A stretch of 63,292 nucleotides of DNA, counting the filler, from Octopus bimaculoides (taxonomy: Eukaryota), in NCBI RefSeq assembly GCF_001194135.2. It is 4 parts of 4 records of this genome, joined end to end, with 100 filler letters (N's around TTAATTAATTAA, not from the genome) between each part and the next. Parts side by side here need not be neighbours in the genome. Positions count along the whole stretch, not along the records: positions 10,503 to 28,756 come from NC_068984.1; 3 more parts are not named here. The stretch is one strand, 5' to 3'. Within the stretch, counting starts at the first letter, position 1. Every line of letters begins with the position of its first letter. Shown piece after piece: positions 13,900 to 26,904 of the stretch. The position numbers and the translations under genes are program-made. Under the pieces are notes generated by a model. The model did not search any database. It worked only from the letters and a program-made list of their open reading frames with translations, and was not told the origin of the DNA.

Positions 13900-14860
13900 T
13901 ATTGATGTGTGCAAAGAGTGTTCATTTGTGTTCGTTTTTGTTTATAGAGGATGGTGAATAAAAGATAGAACAAAAGTTCTAATTGAGTAAGTTCAAAAGT
14001 GAAATACAAAGCAGTGGAAATTGCCCACAATATCAACTAACCTTTTGACCAGGAAACCGTCAGCGAATATACAGATCAACATTAACTTCAAAATATTTGT
14101 AGTGGGGAGAAGCGACTTGAAGATAAGGAAGATCGCGAACAGTCTTCGGCTATTGACAACGAACATTTGAAAGTCATAGTCGAAAAGACCTACGGAAAAC
14201 AGCTAGAGAGACTGCAGAACAGAATTTTGATTAATCAACACGTTAGACATTTTCACCACTTTAGACTATCAAGAAAGCTCGACAGCTAAATAATACAGTA
14301 ACTAAACCGAAATTCTGCGACGAAGTATGCTTTACATTTTTCTTTTTTTTTTTTTTTTTTGTCTTTTCTACAAAAAACGATAGCACTGGGTATCGTGAGT
14401 GGCTGGAGATGAAGCACGAAAACAATCTCCAACATGAAAAGAAGACTATGGTCGGCAAATGGAATCATCCAATAATAGTTCTTGAATCCTAACTAAACCA
14501 CACAGCAGAGACATACTTCAAGCACATTAATAAAATAAACCAAAATAGCAATTCTTCTCCAAGACAAATTCCGACCTTATGTTTCAAAAGTGATTCTACA
14601 GAAATTGAATGAAGTGTACTATGAAACTCTACGTTCCCCATTTTTAGTCCTAAACCTATTACCAAACATCTAACATTTTTACAAGCATTTCCATAACTTC
14701 CTGCTAAAGAAGGTTTCCAACAACCAGGCAGCAACTCAGAATGCTTTCGAAGACTCCAAAGCTCTAAAAGTTTATGTTAATTTGTGCAATTTTCATTCCG
14801 TTGTAAATGGCGTTAACAATGTGATTAAAATGAGTTGATTTCGGTCCTGAATTGAAATTT
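13900..14860 (+). mobile_element. Degenerate mariner remnant
   Basis: Translates KVKYKAVEIAHNIN*PFDQETVSEYT...SGEKRLEDKEDREQSSAIDNEHLKVIVE and RPYVSKVILQKLNEVYYETL...HFYKHFHNFL, matching mariner N- and C-terminal blocks. Confidence 0.75.
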
Positions 14861-15804
14861 GGCAAAGATAGGTAACTGAAAACTCAGGCCCTACTGTACG
14901 TTATTCTCCATTAAGCTAAAAAGACTGACACAAATGTCTGAAAATAGATTAAAAAACGAATACACTTACTCAGATGGTATAAACAGAAGTAGATATTAAA
15001 CGTCTAGTTAATCATAATTAGCTGTATCCATTAAAGGGTGATTTGCTCTATTAATTTTGGTGTAGAGGAAATGGTATCTGTACCAACGGTGTGTTTCGCG
15101 GAATTATTAAATGCATACAATATGTGAAAATACTTTATCCGTGAATGGAAACCTCGTCATAACCTCGATTTGTTCGGAGAATAATACTTGATCGTTCAGC
15201 GTTTGCCACCCGTGAACTGAGTAGCAACAAAGTTCTAACGATTTATTTATTTGTTTTATTTATTTATCTATTTATTTATTTAATTTTTGTCATGCAAATA
15301 GGATGCAAGAGTTTTCAGCTAATTTAATTCATTTAGATTAGGTAGGGGAATCAAAAATAAAGATAGAACGAGGGGAAAAAAACTTGGGCGGATAGAAAAA
15401 TGATTTGAATGGCTAATCTGTGAAGTAGCTGGGGTCTTTTATATATTTGATTTCAATGGATATTTAAAGAAATAAAACTAAAACATGGTGTGTTTTATAT
15501 AGCTAATGTACTTGAAGATCTAACGTTTAATTTTCAATGTAATTAAAAGAAACTTTTGAAGAACCAAAATAGAGTCAGGGATGGGGAGAAGGATGAGGAA
15601 TAGGGAGGAAGATGTATGAAATAAATGATAGAACAGAATGGTTTAAGGAAATGATTATTATGCGAATGGAAACAGGATTCTGAAAGGAGCTATCAAGCAT
15701 TTATATACAAGAGCGTGCGCGCATACATATGTGCGTGTGTCTTCGTCTATAGTTATACACACACGCATTACATACATGTATTCATGTATACGTTTGTAAA
15801 TATT

Positions 15805-15839
<35 letters not shown>

Positions 15840-15849
15840 NNNNNNNNNN

Positions 15850-15885
<36 letters not shown>

Positions 15886-16116
15886 TAATACATACGCATA
15901 ACTCCCCCTATTCGTACACACACACACATATATATATATGGGCGTGTGTGTGTGTGCTTATATATATTATGAGTGTGTCTCTGTGTTTGAGGGTGAATCT
16001 ATGTATGCGTATGTATATTTCAACACTTTCTTGTATATTAAAGATTTTCTACAGCGTACAAAATACAAAATGAAAGCTATCGATTTTTGCAACATAAAAT
16101 ATACTGAGTACATATA

Positions 16117-16185
<69 letters not shown>

Positions 16186-18134
16186 TCACACACACGTGTA
16201 TTTATGTATATTTATATATGTGCACATATTCATGTAAAAATTCTGGTTCCCTCCGCCAACACTCCCAATTTCTCGCTTGTATGTAGTGCTGTCTTTTTAA
16301 CTACGGCATTAAATCTACAAACCTAGAGGATCGGCAGAGTAAATCATCGACATTCAACGACTAGATCCAAATACATGTTTTGAGAACTTTCCTCCAGTTT
16401 CTACACCCAAATAGATATACATGTATATATACATGCATTTATTCATGCGTGTATGTAAACTCACACACACATTGCATACATGCATAGATGTATGCAGTAG
16501 TCAAACATAGAGATCCACACCAATTTGACTTTTCTCGACACAATAGGTTTCTTCTTTTTTCATCTACTTCCCCACTTCTCCCGTTTTTCCTGGTCTTTTC
16601 TCCTCTTTTTCCACTATCTGAAGAAGGATAATATCCGAAATGTTATAGCCGTTAACTCTTATTCTCTCCTCGAGCCTCAAACAAATAAAATTGATTATGA
16701 ACTGATCCCGTCCTTTTGTTTTTGCTTTTGTGTTTTAACTTTCGTTCTTTGCGATATAAACATATACATGAAGCATACACGCGCGCGGGAGAGAGAGACA
16801 GAGAGAGAAAGAGAGAGGTACATATATACATAAATATATAAATAAAGTGAGAAAGAGATACATAAATAAACAGAGAGTGAGAGAGAGAGAGAGCTGTTCA
16901 AATGAATGACTGCGCGTAGTGCCATGCAAGCCAATGCTATCAGTCTTATGGTTGATCCATCGCTAATTATATCAGATAAACAGCGTGCATGAACACACTC
17001 CAGGACTAAAACAAAAGCTACCAAAAGAATAGAAGAAACCTTTGGATCAACAGTCATTCGTTACAACTGTTTCCACTTTCAACTGTCAAGGTCTTCTTAA
17101 TATTGATAGAGCAGCTAAAGCTGTTACTTTTGATGATATTAAAATGGGTGACAAATTTGGTTACTAGTTCATAAGAAACGTGTTCAGACGGCTTAGAATA
17201 ACGGATACAAAGTGTTAATGTATTTTATCAAAACAATGATTCCGTCAAAATACATTTTGTTTCAGCCTCCCGCTCAGCAATATTATGTATAAAGGGGATA
17301 TTGGATTGGAAGAACGCTTTGCAACGTATGAACACAGATGTAAATGTGAGTTCGATGAACGAAGACATAGTTAAATTCGAGTCCTAGTGTGGTACTGGTA
17401 GCAAGGTATGTCGGTGGAAGTAGCATCAAAGAGTTGTTATTGCTTGTGCTGTTGTTTAGTGCTAAGTCAAACGCGATCGAGAAAGTTATAGACTGAAAGA
17501 CTTCTGTCGATGGCACTCGTGTCTTTTTTCTGTTCTTTTTTTTTTATAGAGCAGTGCGCGATTTGAAAGAGATTTGGCTGCTACATAGCAGACTGGGTAA
17601 TGACATAGAAACCTTTCTTGCTGGCTTTAAGATCAACATATCAGTTACAAAAGCGAATATGGGTACTAGATTTTATCAGAAAAAAGATAAGTCTTAGGTT
17701 CAATGCAAATGAATGAACCTACATGAATGCACATGTTCTAGAAAGGCATTCTGAAATATTTTCTAAAGACAAGTGCCATATATTTCTTAAAGGAAGGGAC
17801 CAGGAACCGCGCACTTCACACTTTTCTTAAAGGAATTGACAATGAAAGTAATATAGGTTCTCATGTCGATTTGTAGTTTTCTAGAAACAGAGGTATAAAC
17901 TGACACCCCACCCCGCGATTGAAACTTACCGCCGACGAAGTCTCCATAAATTCCTATGTAAATTAATATTTAAGAGCAAAGCAGTCGTTTAATATATACT
18001 TAATGCCTGAGAATCTGTAAAGTTAAAGATTAATCATTTTTGTTGGAATAGATGCGCTCGTACATGCAGGTTCTGGTGTACTTACAATTCCCCTTTGGTA
18101 CTAAATGTATTTAATAAAGAATTATTAAATGTTG

Positions 18135-18347
18135 GTTTCAAATTTTGGTACCAGACTAGCAATTTCGGGAGAAGGGGTAAGTCGATTACATCGACTTCAG
18201 TGCTCAACTGATATTTATTTTATCGACCCCGAGGGGATGAATGGCAAAGATTACCTCTGCGAATTTGAACTCAAAATGCAAAGACGGACGAAATGCCTCT
18301 GAGCATTTTGTCCGGCACGTTAACGATTCTGTCAGACTGCCGCCTTA
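18135..18347 (-). mobile_element. SINE family A copy
   Basis: Reverse complement of the family A pattern. Confidence 0.85.
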
Positions 18348-18409
18348 AAATTATCAAATATTAAAAATAAGTCTTATATTTAAATATGAAATTAGTTTGT
18401 GTGTGTATC

Positions 18410-18488
<79 letters not shown>

Positions 18489-18581
18489 NNNNNNNNNNNN
18501 NNNNNNNNNNNNNNNNNNNNNNNNNNNNNNNNNNNNNNNNNNNNNNNNNNNNNNNNNNNNNNNNNNNNNNNNNNNNNNNNN

Positions 18582-18621
<40 letters not shown>

Positions 18622-18630
18622 CAGATAGAC

Positions 18631-18700
<70 letters not shown>

Positions 18701-18701
18701 G

Positions 18702-18770
<69 letters not shown>
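18582..18770. repeat. (GATA)n microsatellite
   Basis: Directly visible. Confidence 0.97.
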
Positions 18771-18771
<1 letters not shown>

Positions 18772-19286
18772 TAGATATAGATATATATAGATATAGATAT
18801 AGATACAGATATATATGGCAAATGAAAGACGGAAGATGGAATATACGAGAATTTATTATTAATCGCGACAATTGTTTCGACAAATCTAGCATCGATTCTT
18901 CATGGGTAGGACACTCAACAACTGGTTCAGGACCATCCGGTGCTACAGATGTATCTCGTCAGGTGATAAATAAATACAACTCGTTAAAATAACTGTTCCG
19001 CAATGTAACTTCCCGTTTTGTAGACAGAAAAGCAGCCAAACGGAGGAAATATCTTCATTTCTATAGAAGATCAAAAATAAAACTACGATTGGTAAAAAGA
19101 GAAATGAACACGCAATCCAGCGAGACAATAATAAATTTTCGTATATTTCATCTTCCGTCTTGCATTTGCCATTTACGTAACGATCACCGGGAAAGTGACC
19201 GTGCTTTACCAGTAAGCTACCAGGTGTAAACCATTCGCTTTATTATCCATTACACACACAAACACACACACACACACACACATATG

Positions 19287-19323
<37 letters not shown>

Positions 19324-19439
19324 TANNNNNNNNNNNNNNNNNNNNNNNNNNNNNNNNNNNNNNNNNNNNATACATATATATATACATACACACACACACA
19401 CACACACACACACGTATATGTATATATATATATATATAT

Positions 19440-19780
19440 ATTAATAGTAATGGTATGGCAACAAAAGAATGAATGAGACCCCGATATTAAGTAAATAGAG
19501 GAATTTGTCTGTAATATAATATGTGACAATTATTCGGTTGCCATAATAAAACTCCGAGTTTCGGATGTCGGGGTGGAAATCTACTCCGGCATCTCGTCAG
19601 TTATCAAGGCAATCAAAAAATGCTATGAAAATGACCGTTAAGCAAAGGGAAATTAGTATGTGAGTGACTGTTATTATGAAAAAAAACTATTAGAATGACT
19701 GTTAAATAGGGGGGAAAAAACAGAAGGGGAGAAAATAGAAAAATAAAAGAGTAAAAATGCTCATAGAAATCACGTATGCG
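19440..19780 (-). mobile_element. Probable Penelope-like pseudo-LTR fragment carrying the hammerhead
   Basis: Non-coding, pyrimidine-rich (minus strand) segment leading into the hammerhead. Hammerheads in PLE pseudo-LTRs are established. Boundaries are approximate. Confidence 0.45.
19536..19614 (-). ncRNA. Type I hammerhead ribozyme (Penelope-type, very short stem III)
   Basis: Minus strand reads GAUUGCCUUGAUAA-CUGACGA-GAUGCCGGAGUAGAUUUCCACCCCGACAUCC-GAAA-CUCGGAG-UU^-UUAUUAUGGCAACC. It has the exact CUGANGA and GAAA cores, a GUU triplet, a 14-position stem I with 2 mismatches, stem II, and stem III ACUC-G-GAGU. Confidence 0.8.
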
Positions 19781-19829
19781 CGCATGTACATACATACGCA
19801 TGCGCGCATGTACACCCACGTATATGTGC

Positions 19830-20275
19830 CTATATGCATATGCTCACTCACACTAGCGTGAAATAAATGCATGCACACCCACACATACGCCTATATCTGC
19901 ACATATATATGCAACCATACATGTACACAAATACATATCCGCACGCGCGCACACGCACACGTGTGCACATACCCATACACGCACAATTATATTCAAATAC
20001 ACGTCTAAAATACGCACATGCTATATGTGCATATGCTCACTCACGCCCGCGTGAAGCATATGCATGTACACCCATATATATATGCAACCATACACATATA
20101 CATATATACATACCCGTGCACACGCACACACACACGGTGGGCACATATACATATCTGCACACACACGCGTGCACATACTCATACACGCACAATTATATTC
20201 GAATAATTGTCTAAATATGCACATGCTATATATGCATATGCCCACTCACACTCGCGTGAAACACATGCATGTACA
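19830..20275. repeat. About 190-205-bp tandem repeat of alternating purine-pyrimidine sequence
   Basis: catatgc(t/c)cactcac...cgtgaa recurs near 19838, 20029 and 20235. atacacgcacaattatattc occurs twice. Confidence 0.8.
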
Positions 20276-21309
20276 CTATTTGTGGGTGTACACACACACG
20301 TATGCGTTTATACACACACAAACACATGCACACACACACACACACATATATATGCTTATATTTATGTATATGTATGAATGTGTTTGTGAATATGTATCTA
20401 TGCATATATACGTATATACATACAGAGAGATCCTCAGAGAGAAAGAGACAGACAAACAGCAAAATGATAAAGAAAAACAATGAAAGACAAACTATGATGA
20501 GTTCGCGTTTTTGTCTTTCAAAGATATCCCTTTTATTCTTAGAGAAATGAAAAGAGCTAATTTCGACGTTCGGATACATTCTATACATCCTTTTTCGACT
20601 GAAAATACCGACGTGAAGTTTGCTTTTATCGTGACCGTTGAGTGACCGGAAGTGGGAGGAGGTAGCTGGCTGGATTTAAAAACATAATGATAGATACCTA
20701 TGTAGTTTGAATGTACGAGTAAGTTTGCGATTGCATTTGGCTCCACGAGTTTGCGTGACCCTGTTTACATATGCATAAGCGCGTGTATGTATATATGTGT
20801 ACGGTTACATATATTTGTGCATGCATATATACATATCTGTGTATGCTTGTAGGTAGGTAGGTAGGTAGGTAGGTAGGTAGGTAGGTAGGTAGATATGCTT
20901 TGTTATACACAATTACCTTACATTCTCTGAGTGAGTTATGTATCTATGTGGTATACTTCTGAAAACCAACAATACCAGATGATAAATTTCGGATATCCAC
21001 ATAGATTTATAAAAGCTTAGTATGAGAGAATCCTTCGACCATTATTTCTGAAGTTAAATGAGATTCAGTAAAGTGTTCTGATCACTAAGCCTTCATCTAT
21101 CATCTAAAATATTAAATACAGAGCTCATATAAACTTGTATTATTATCTACAATATTGTTCAAAATTTGAAGATATTATTCATATAATTCCAAAAGAGTTT
21201 ATGTAAAAATGGATCAACGTCGGTTCCAACTATCAGTGTTTGCTTATTCGATTAACTGAAGTGCCTACTCATTTAAGTAGCATGTAAGTGGCTGAACATT
21301 TCACAGGCA

Positions 21310-21598
21310 TAGGATGCGGTATCAAAATGTTCCAGGATTAGTTATGCTTAGTAAAAAATTTTTAAAAACTTATTTATCTAAGTTTTTACATCATCTCTTT
21401 CGGAATAGTCACCTTGCACAGTAATATACCGGTCCCAGCGTCCTTGCCACTTTTGGAATCTAGCCTAGAAGTCGTTTTCCGTAAGCGAGTCGAAGACCTT
21501 CTACGATTCGCATTTGATCACGACAACGGTGTTGAAACGGCAACCTTTGAGCTGCATTTTCATCTTGTGTTAGTGATGGGGGTTTGCAGGCGCTAAAT
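21310..21598 (-). mobile_element. Mariner-like 3' end remnant
   Basis: Minus strand gives KMKMQLKGCRFNTV...FQKWQGRWDRYITVQGDYSERD, a typical mariner C-terminus. TIR-like ggtatcaaaatgttccagga lies near 21318. Truncated by an N gap. Confidence 0.75.
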
Positions 21599-21851
21599 NN
21601 NNNNNNNNNNNNNNNNNNNNNNNNNNNNNNNNNNNNNNNNNNNNNNNNNNNNNNNNNNNNNNNNNNNNNNNNNNNNNNNNNNNNNNNNNNNNNNNNNNNN
21701 NNNNNNNNNNNNNNNNNNNNNNNNNNNNNNNNNNNNNNNNNNNNNNNNNNNNNNNNNNNNNNNNNNNNNNNNNNNNNNNNNNNNNNNNNNNNNNNNNNNN
21801 NNNNNNNNNNNNNNNNNNNNNNNNNNNNNNNNNNNNNNNNNNNNNNNNNNN

Positions 21852-22345
21852 GTACCAGTTGAACACTAGAGTCGATGTAATTGACTACCCCCATCCTCCA
21901 AAATTTCAGGCCTTGTGCTTTTCGTGGAAAAGATTATTACAGGTAACGAAGTGGCGGAATCATTACCGGGTTGGATAAAATGTTTAGCGTCATTTCTTCT
22001 GGCTCTTTTGGTTCTGAGTTCAAATTCCGCCGAGGTCAACTTTGTTTTCCATCCTTCTTGAGTCGATAAAATAAGTATAAATGAAGTACTGGAGTCGATG
22101 TAAATCGATTACCCCTTCCTTCAATGTCCCTGGCCTTGTGTCAAAATTAGAAAGTTCTATTATTACAGGCGGCGAATTGGCAGTATTTGTTCCAATTCTC
22201 TATATTATGAGTTCGAATTCCACTGAGGTCATCTTTGCTTTTGATCCTTCTGGGATGAATAAAATAAAGTACTAGTCAAATACTGACAGTCATGATATTG
22301 ACTAACACACTCTCTTCAGAATGATTGACCTTGTGCTTAAACCAG
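21852..22345 (+). mobile_element. Three head-to-tail SINE family A copies
   Basis: One 3' part plus two longer copies, each with agttc.aattcc.c.gaggtc. Confidence 0.8.
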
Positions 22346-24017
22346 GAATATTTGACACATTTATTTAGTACCGCCAGAATATGAAGCTTCTTGTGAGGGA
22401 TAATTTATCCTTGCGGTATTCGAATACAGAGACTATTGAAAAGAAAGTTAATATTCAATGCACCAATATTGCTGCTTAGCCCAATCGAACCAAATCGAAC
22501 AGAATAGTAACATTCTAGCTATAAGATTTTTCTTTTGTTTTAGCTTAAAAGAACATTATTTTTTGTCTCTTCTTTTCTGACGCTAGGGTGTGATTCGAGA
22601 GAGATTGAACTGTTATTTTAGTAGGTCTATGCTCTTTAGCTGGCTCATCTGCATTATTTCATTAGTGTTGTGATATAATATAGCGTGGCTAAATTCGAAC
22701 CTACGTCTTTCTTCCTCCAGTTAATTGCTTCTGGTTCATGATGCATGTGGTGGTGCGCGTGTGCTTATGTACGTGTGTTCTGTATATGTACGTATATATG
22801 AATGCACGGTCGCACGCGCGCGTGTGGTTGTCTGTGTGTGTGTGTGTGTGTGTGTGTGATTCCAGCAAAGAGCAAACACAGATATTTATGTTTATAATTT
22901 TGACGTCCTCTTGAAAATGTCACAAAATATCTCACGAGTATACACATATATACATGTGTATGTGAGTATGTGTGTATGTATGTATATATATATATATGTA
23001 TATATATATATTATGTGTGTATGTGCGTATACGTGTGTATGTGCGTATATGTGTGTATGTGTGTATACTCAAATATGCATACGTGAACACCTGCACGCAC
23101 ACACTCTCTCTCTCTCTCTCTCATACACACACGCACACACATACACATCTGATAACTTAGAAAACTTGAAACCTAAAAGACTGGGGTAAAGTATACTCCA
23201 TGCATAAAGGTTTACAGCTGTTACACTTGGCTAGAATCGCTTGAAGATAAAGCATGTTATATTTCTATATTTGTTACCAAAATTTATGTTGGAAAACGGA
23301 TGAAAGTGTCAAGAGATATGTACTTGAGGACTGCTAATAGAGATAACAAAACACATTATAAATATATATTATATGGTGGCCTAATATTAAACTAGCACTA
23401 AACCATCTTTAAGAGTCTTCAGACTAAAATTAGGGTGGGGAGAATCAATACATTCTTTCATATGAGATGTTGTGTGTGTGTATAAGTACGCGCGTGTGTG
23501 TGTACGTGTGAGTAACTGGAGACAATATGGAGATTCTGAAGAAACATTAATAGCGTTGTTTCTGGTGCCAGTATTTAATCACGAGAGAATGCATATACAG
23601 GTATAACGGGTGAGATTATGCCAAGGATTAGGAAATACTGACAGAATAGAAATGATACAAACATATAACAGAAACTGACTAAGTGACCATATTATTGGAT
23701 ATGTTCAGAGAAATCTTGAGAAATCAACCGGGTATTCTTGGTAAGAATCGTCAGAGATTGGAGTACCTCCTAATCTAAGTATCGGTCCCAAAAGACGTTA
23801 ATCTATCTCAAACGAATACGGATTGATTTTCCAAATAGCTGAAAATGGAGATAACCAGAATGAGGAGATTGAAAACGGACAGAATTCCTTTAATAATAAG
23901 CGCATTGGGAATGGATAAAGTTGTACAAATACGAAACTAAGACCTCGGGATTTATAACATGCAGGAAATTGAAATACTAGGCAGTGCACACATGTTGCGA
24001 TAGAAAGTATGAAAATA

Positions 24018-24096
24018 CAGAACAAAACGGAACGAAGATGCACAGAACAAAACGGAACGAAGATGCACAGAACAAAACGGAACGAAGATGCTCAGA
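24018..24096. repeat. 25-bp tandem repeat (cagaacaaaacggaacgaagatgca) x3
   Basis: Directly visible. Confidence 0.95.
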
Positions 24097-24164
24097 ACTA
24101 CATATTGCTATGCATGGAAACCAGGCAAAACAAAATCAAACCACCGAGAGAAAAGAAATAATAA

Positions 24165-24470
24165 TGGCTTTTGAGATCGGTACAAAATTTCAATTGTCCA
24201 GGTTGGGCAGAGTCGATTTAATCGACTCCGATACTCAACTGGTAATTTATTCTATCGACTTCTAGAGGTTGAAAGACAATGTCAACCATTTTATTCTTTT
24301 GCTATAAAAGCTGCGAATAAGGGATCAACATAAGAAGTGGATTGGAATGGCCATTAGACTCGCAGATAAAATACCTTGCGGTCTCTGTTCCGACTTTCTG
24401 CATTCTGAGGTCAAATTCCGCCAACGTAGAAAAAAATATTGCTTTTCATCGTTTTTAGGTTGATCAAAAG
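24165..24470. mobile_element. Two SINE family A fragments in opposite orientation
   Basis: Minus fragment at 24165-24290 and plus fragment at 24335-24470. Confidence 0.65.
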
Positions 24471-24639
24471 TATCTACCCAGGCCAGTGAAGAGACGGAAC
24501 TGTAAGAATATCGAACCTTGCAGTAAGAATATCGAACCAGTGAAGAGACGGAACCGTAAGAATATCGAACCTTGCAGTGTTCGATGCTATACAAATCTCA
24601 CTATGGCCTACTTGGGTGGTACACATGATCTATCACCGG

Positions 24640-26500
24640 ATCATCGGATTTAACCCACTACATGGTAAGTCGAATGCCTTTAGCGGAATTCATTCTTCTG
24701 CATAAATCCAAGCCTGGTCTCCAGTTTGAGGATACCTTTTCCTCTTCCTCGAAGTAATTTTAGAGGACTTGTTTAGCGTCATAGATACTGCCCTTCCCTC
24801 CTGACTTAAAGATTTAAAATATATACATGAAAATAACCTGCGTGGGGAAAGAACTATAGAGTAAACGAAAGAAAGCCACAAGTTTTGGATTGCCGACTTG
24901 TCAAGTGTCCTCTCTCAGCTGTTATCTCATGTCTACACGAGCATACTGAGGGAAAATCCTGCCACCCAGACCATGTGCACTTCAATCATCCTCTAAGCAA
25001 ATTCACTGGAAGACATCATCTGACTCTCTATCGTCACATTTCTCCCCCCAAAATCTTCAATGAGTTTTGAGGTCTTGAGCAAAGTGACAAATGCTTTTCT
25101 TAGCCGTTTCAATTACGTCTACTATAAAAACTTTCTCATCAAAGCCATCAGGCATAAGAACATTCGTTTCAATTCTAGGTCAAAGAAACACGTTGAAGAG
25201 AACTTTACGGAGGACGTAGTCGATGGACCGACCCTTCCTACACATCACAACAGCTGTTCGACATAACTATACAGGTCAGCAATGCTTGGTTATTAAACAA
25301 AGTTCCGTCGATCTGCACACATCTGAAACAGGTTCGGCTAAAGGAACTACAATGCCTTAGAATATAATCTTAATCGGCACTGCCATGTCAGTGATTCCTA
25401 AGAGTTATCTGATGACCACATTACTCAAGTTCCTGGAATTTCTGCAGATGCCGGAGCCTAAATTCTAGTGTGCGCGTCATCAAAGATAGCACAGCGAGGA
25501 CTCAGAGCAAGCGGTGTTGGCAACAGACAGTTTGGTAGTAACAAATAATCACCTTCTTCACACCTTAATAGATTCTTCAAAAACCAGTACTACGTGATAC
25601 TGCTTACGCTGATCGCTACCTCATCATTGTTCCTATGCACCAGATGATCCAATCCAGAGCAGATCCCGAAAATTGCAATTAGACCGAGCCTCCATCAAAC
25701 CACGACATTGAGCGGTCTGAACTCAAGTTGAAAGCTCCCAACCGATTTGAAAACTTATCCGCTTACTGTGTCATAACCCTTCACGTTGACGACATTACAA
25801 TGACGTTATCCGCGTATGTTGACCCAGTTTCCTGCGTCCATTTCAATCGAGATGCTCTTCAGCAATTGTAACTTCGGCAGTATTGACTAGCATCTCTAAA
25901 AATAGTATTGGTAGCATCTCTAAAGAATCGAGCATGTCTTACGAAATGGTTCCGATAGATAGTCATTCAAGCATACCGGCGAAGAGTTGCCGTACATAGA
26001 AGGGATTCGCCCTCTGAAAACCATCCCGAAGCCAGCTGCACTCAAGTCGGCTGCTAAGTATTGATTGTTGGCTCAATCAAATTGATCAACAACTCTTTCT
26101 CTCTCAGAAGTATTGCTTCGGGTGAAAGTTGGCGTGGATATACCTATCTGAGGTTGCACAAGACTATGCTCTTCTGGCTGTACTTCAACAAGTGCCAGCA
26201 TCTTTGCCACTACCCTGGCAAAGATCTTAAAACTCTACATATAGCGGAGATATATACGACGGAAGTTATCAATAATTTCTTACTCTCGTCTCCCCTTATC
26301 AGTGCTACCACTTTCCAGCTGATCATTTGAGACCTTTGCTGATCAGAACTGACTACGTATCTGCAGCTGTATGCACAAACCTGGACCAAGTCTTTTTGTG
26401 GAAGACTATCATTACCAGTCCGTGCAAACCTTTTATTTCTCCGCCATTAATGTCCAAGGGAAAGGTAATACCAAGACACTGTGGCAATTTTGTGGTCAGA
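24640..26500 (+). mobile_element. Old RTE-like LINE remnant (APE + RT)
   Basis: Decayed blocks resembling SLVVTNTFF (endonuclease) and DLTKAFD (RT). Many short broken ORFs. Confidence 0.5.
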
Positions 26501-26778
26501 TTGCCAAAGATCCAAAACACTGAAAGATCCTGTCAGTCTTCCGCTCTGGATTGATGCCTTTTTTTAAATCATCCTGGAAGCAGAATTTGAACTTAGAGTT
26601 CAGATAATCGGAATATAAGCCACATTGCATTTTATACAAACGTCTAATGAATTTGTCATCAGCCTCGCTTTTCTCTAACCCACGGAACTAGGCATTCTAC
26701 CGTTCTATTGCTGGTTTCGACAGGTATTCCCTAGTACACTGGCAAACAAGTTTATTATGTGTGTGGGTGCGTGGGTGC

Positions 26779-26904
<126 letters not shown>

